Source of the DNA: an uncultured Candidatus Saccharibacteria bacterium
GTDB taxonomy: Bacteria; Patescibacteriota; Minisyncoccia; UBA6257; GWB1-50-10
Direction: 5' to 3'
Assembly: GCA_964427645.1 (NCBI GenBank)
Contig: CAYRVA010000001.1
Span: 1-24,202, forward strand
DNA: 24,202 nucleotides
Of the stretch, positions 22,456-24,202 are shown piece after piece (position 1 is the stretch's first letter; each line of letters opens with the position of its first letter). Under the pieces are notes generated by a model. The model worked only from the letters and a program-made list of their open reading frames with translations. It was not told the DNA's origin and made no database searches. The translations under genes were made by a program, and so were the position numbers.

Positions 22456-23927
22456 TGGATCCAGACACAGAACGCCAGTTAAATTCTTTGCGCCAAGAAC
22501 TGGGAAGAGCAAAAACCAAGCTCAACGAAAAAGAAAGCATCATTCAACAACTCATGAGCCCGCCGCTCGCTTACGCTACCGTCGTGGCCATTAACGAAGC
22601 GACCGGTAGGAATACTGCCGTCATTATCGCGAACGGCCACGTTTTCGAAGTGTTCCTCCCCCAAAACGTCGCGATAGGCCCAGGCGACACCGTGGCGATC
22701 ACGCCGTCGACGATGCAGATCGTCGATACCGCCGTGATCCAAGGCAGCGGCACCATTGGTTACGTGCACCGCCCGATCGATGCTACGTTTTCGGAAGTGG
22801 AATACGAGTCATCGGTGCGGATGGTCTTCAACGGCAAACTAAGCGGCCAGCTCGAAAAGGGCGACCGCGTTGTCCTGGACGCTACAGGCACCGTCATTAC
22901 CCGCAACCTCGGAAAGGATAACGAACGTTTTCGATTCGATGAGGAAACGAACGTTACGTGGAACGATATCGGCGGTCTAGATGAAGCGAAACGGCAACTC
23001 ACTGAAGCCATCGAATTGCCTCATAGCAACCCGGATATATTCAAGTTCTACGACAAGAAACCGGTCAAGGGCATTTTGCTCTGGGGACCGCCCGGCTGCG
23101 GCAAAACCTTGCTCGGCAAGGCGTGTGCAACGGCGCTCTCTCGTATCCACAAGAACGGGTCAAGATCTACCGGCTTTATTTACATCAAGGGGCCGGAGAT
23201 ATTGGACAAATTCGTCGGTGTCGCCGAAGGGGCTATTCAGCAAATATTCCAAAGGGCCCGCAAGCACAAGAAGACGCACGGCTATCCGGCCGTTGTCTTC
23301 ATCGATGAAGCTGATGCTATACTGGCGAAGCGCGGCAGCGGTATCAGCTCGGACGTGGAACGAACCATCGTTCCCATGTTCCTGACGGAAATGAGCGGCC
23401 TAGAAGATTCCGGTGCCTTGGTGATCCTTTCCACGAATCGCCCCGATATTCTCGACCCGGCGGTCATCCGCGATGATCGCATTGATCGAAAGATCAAAGT
23501 AAGCCGACCGACGCCGGAAAATGCAGCCGATATTTTCATGCTCAACCTCAAACGGGTACCGCTCAACAACGGTTACACCCGGGAAGAGCTGGCAGAGCTC
23601 GGCAGTAGAGAGCTTTTCTCGTCTCGACGAGTGCTCTATAAGATCGACACCCGGAACAACGGCACCATCGACTTCACTCTCGGCAACATCGTGAACGGCG
23701 GTATGATCGTCAGCACCGTCGATCAAGCCACGTCCATCGCCATTCGGCGGGATCTCTCGGGGAAAGAAGGGTCAAAAGGTCTCCGCAAGGAAGACCTCAT
23801 AGCTGCCATCGACTCGGTCGAAGGCCAAAATCGCAACCTTAATCATGAAGATGATCTAGCGGATTTCATATACGAGTTCCGCAATGACGTCAGAGACATC
23901 CAGAGACTCCGTCAGGCAAGGACATAA
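22455..23927 (+). CDS. arc: ARC/Mpa-type proteasome-associated AAA+ ATPase lacking the C-terminal HbYX/GQYL tail
   Basis: N-terminal coiled coil ending in SPP, two OB-like segments, DIGGL, GPPGCGKT, IKGPEILDKFVG, FIDEAD, RGSGISSDVERTIVP, NRPDILDPAVIR..RIDRKIKV.RP, and the Mpa-type post-AAA insert (..NGGMI). Confidence 0.9.
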   Translation: MDPDTERQLNSLRQELGRAKTKLNEKESIIQQLMSPPLAYATVVAINEATGRNTAVIIANGHVFEVFLPQNVAIGPGDTVAITPSTMQIVDTAVIQGSGTIGYVHRPIDATFSEVEYESSVRMVFNGKLSGQLEKGDRVVLDATGTVITRNLGKDNERFRFDEETNVTWNDIGGLDEAKRQLTEAIELPHSNPDIFKFYDKKPVKGILLWGPPGCGKTLLGKACATALSRIHKNGSRSTGFIYIKGPEILDKFVGVAEGAIQQIFQRARKHKKTHGYPAVVFIDEADAILAKRGSGISSDVERTIVPMFLTEMSGLEDSGALVILSTNRPDILDPAVIRDDRIDRKIKVSRPTPENAADIFMLNLKRVPLNNGYTREELAELGSRELFSSRRVLYKIDTRNNGTIDFTLGNIVNGGMIVSTVDQATSIAIRRDLSGKEGSKGLRKEDLIAAIDSVEGQNRNLNHEDDLADFIYEFRNDVRDIQRLRQART

Positions 23928-23942
23928 TCAGAACAAAAACTT

Positions 23943-23980
23943 GGGGCAGTTCCATAGGCTCGGAACTGTCCCTTTTATTT
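23943..23980 (+). terminator. Intrinsic terminator of the arc operon
   Basis: GGGGCAGTTCC-(8 nt)-GGAACTGTCCC-TTTTATTT. Confidence 0.8.
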
Positions 23981-23991
23981 CTCCGCAATGC

Positions 23992-24019
23992 TTTACACGA
24001 GAGGTTTTTCTTATATAAT
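23992..24019 (+). promoter_or_regulatory. sigma70-type promoter of the tRNA, TTTACA-N16-TATAAT
   Basis: TTTACA 23992-23997; TATAAT 24014-24019. Confidence 0.55.
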
Positions 24020-24046
24020 TGAGACGTTGTCTTCGGGCAACGTCAT

Positions 24047-24118
24047 TCCGGTGTAGCTCAGCGGTAGAGCGGCTCCCTGTTAAGGAGATGGTCGTAGGTT
24101 CGAATCCTACCACCGGAG
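24047..24118 (+). tRNA. tRNA-Asn (GTT); CCA not encoded
   Basis: Acceptor TCCGGTG/CACCGGA, D arm GCTC/GAGC, anticodon loop CTGTTAA, T arm GTAGG-TTCGAAT-CCTAC, discriminator G. The top anticodon-stem pair is G-A and the 3' end reads CCG. Confidence 0.95.
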
Positions 24119-24132
24119 CCGAGAAATAAAAC

Positions 24133-24164
24133 AAAAGCACCCGTCAGGGTGTTTTTGCTTTTTT
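24133..24164 (+). terminator. Intrinsic terminator after the tRNA
   Basis: AAAAGCACCC-GTCA-GGGTGTTTTT followed by GCTTTTTT. Confidence 0.8.
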
Positions 24165-24190
24165 CGAGGCGAACGGTGGCTGTGGAGCAG

Positions 24191-24202
24191 TACCACCGGA
24201 GC
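24191..24202 (+). repeat. Direct repeat of the tRNA-Asn 3' end (TACCACCGGAGC), cut by the window edge
   Basis: 12/12 identical to 24108-24119. Confidence 0.7.

Noticed and set aside
17591-23927. Type II CBASS or Pycsar system
   Set aside because: No CD-NTase or cyclase and no recognisable effector; E1 and E2 are separate genes and a dedicated Ubl is present.
22162-23927. Canonical Pup-proteasome locus
   Set aside because: No pafA, dop, prcA or prcB in the window; the ATPase lacks GQYL; the upstream small protein looks folded (beta-rich), unlike Pup. These genes could still exist elsewhere in the genome.
24072-24088. G-A mismatch at the top of the tRNA-Asn anticodon stem as a sign of a pseudo-tRNA
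   Set aside because: All other arms and invariant bases are intact, with promoter and terminator present. A 27-43 mismatch is tolerated, and a missing encoded CCA is common.
18591-24118. Ubl/arc cluster as an island integrated in tRNA-Asn
   Set aside because: The cluster lies 5' of the tRNA, whereas 3'-end integration places cargo downstream. I found no integrase and no upstream copy of the tRNA end.
23928-24140. 70-aa minus-strand ORF
   Set aside because: Antisense translation of the tRNA (VVGFEPTT...RSTAELHR pattern).
1-24202. Alternative genetic code (TGA=Gly, as in Gracilibacteria/Absconditabacteria)
   Set aside because: TGA ends conserved genes at their expected lengths and forms ATGA overlaps (rseP/ddl, GNAT/DUF488, E2/JAB).

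Overview
The window looks like a high-GC Patescibacteria (CPR; probably Parcubacteria-like) chromosome segment using the standard code (TGA is a stop). The taxonomic call is an inference from gene content and order. Positions 1-10.6 kb are a minus-strand housekeeping and cell-wall block: lysS (partial), greA, mrdA/PBP2, mreD, mreC, mreB, proS, ddl, rseP, frr, holB and a second mreB. A PEGA/beta-propeller gene follows, then a patchwork accessory region (12-18.3 kb). That region holds a REP-flanked membrane-protein pair, DUF488, GNAT, Nudix, a truncated membrane gene, HTH_17, a stand-alone PAS, MGMT and an HD/class-I-PDE-like gene. The standout is 18.6-23.9 kb. A four-gene ubiquitin-like conjugation operon runs on the minus strand: a 499-aa protein with a duplicated N-terminal domain, a coiled coil and a C-terminal E2-like domain with an active-site Cys; a JAB/JAMM peptidase; a ThiF/E1; and a beta-grasp Ubl ending in -GN. 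It is transcribed divergently, from back-to-back sigma70-type -35 boxes, from a two-gene operon encoding a small OB/cold-shock-like protein ending in -GGQ and an ARC/Mpa-type proteasomal AAA+ ATPase that lacks the 20S-docking tail. No pafA, dop, pup or prcAB is present in the window. This suggests a system that tags proteins with a ubiquitin-like modifier and then unfolds or extracts them. The window ends with tRNA-Asn(GTT) and a 12-bp duplication of its 3' end. All family assignments come from reading motifs by eye; no database searches were run.
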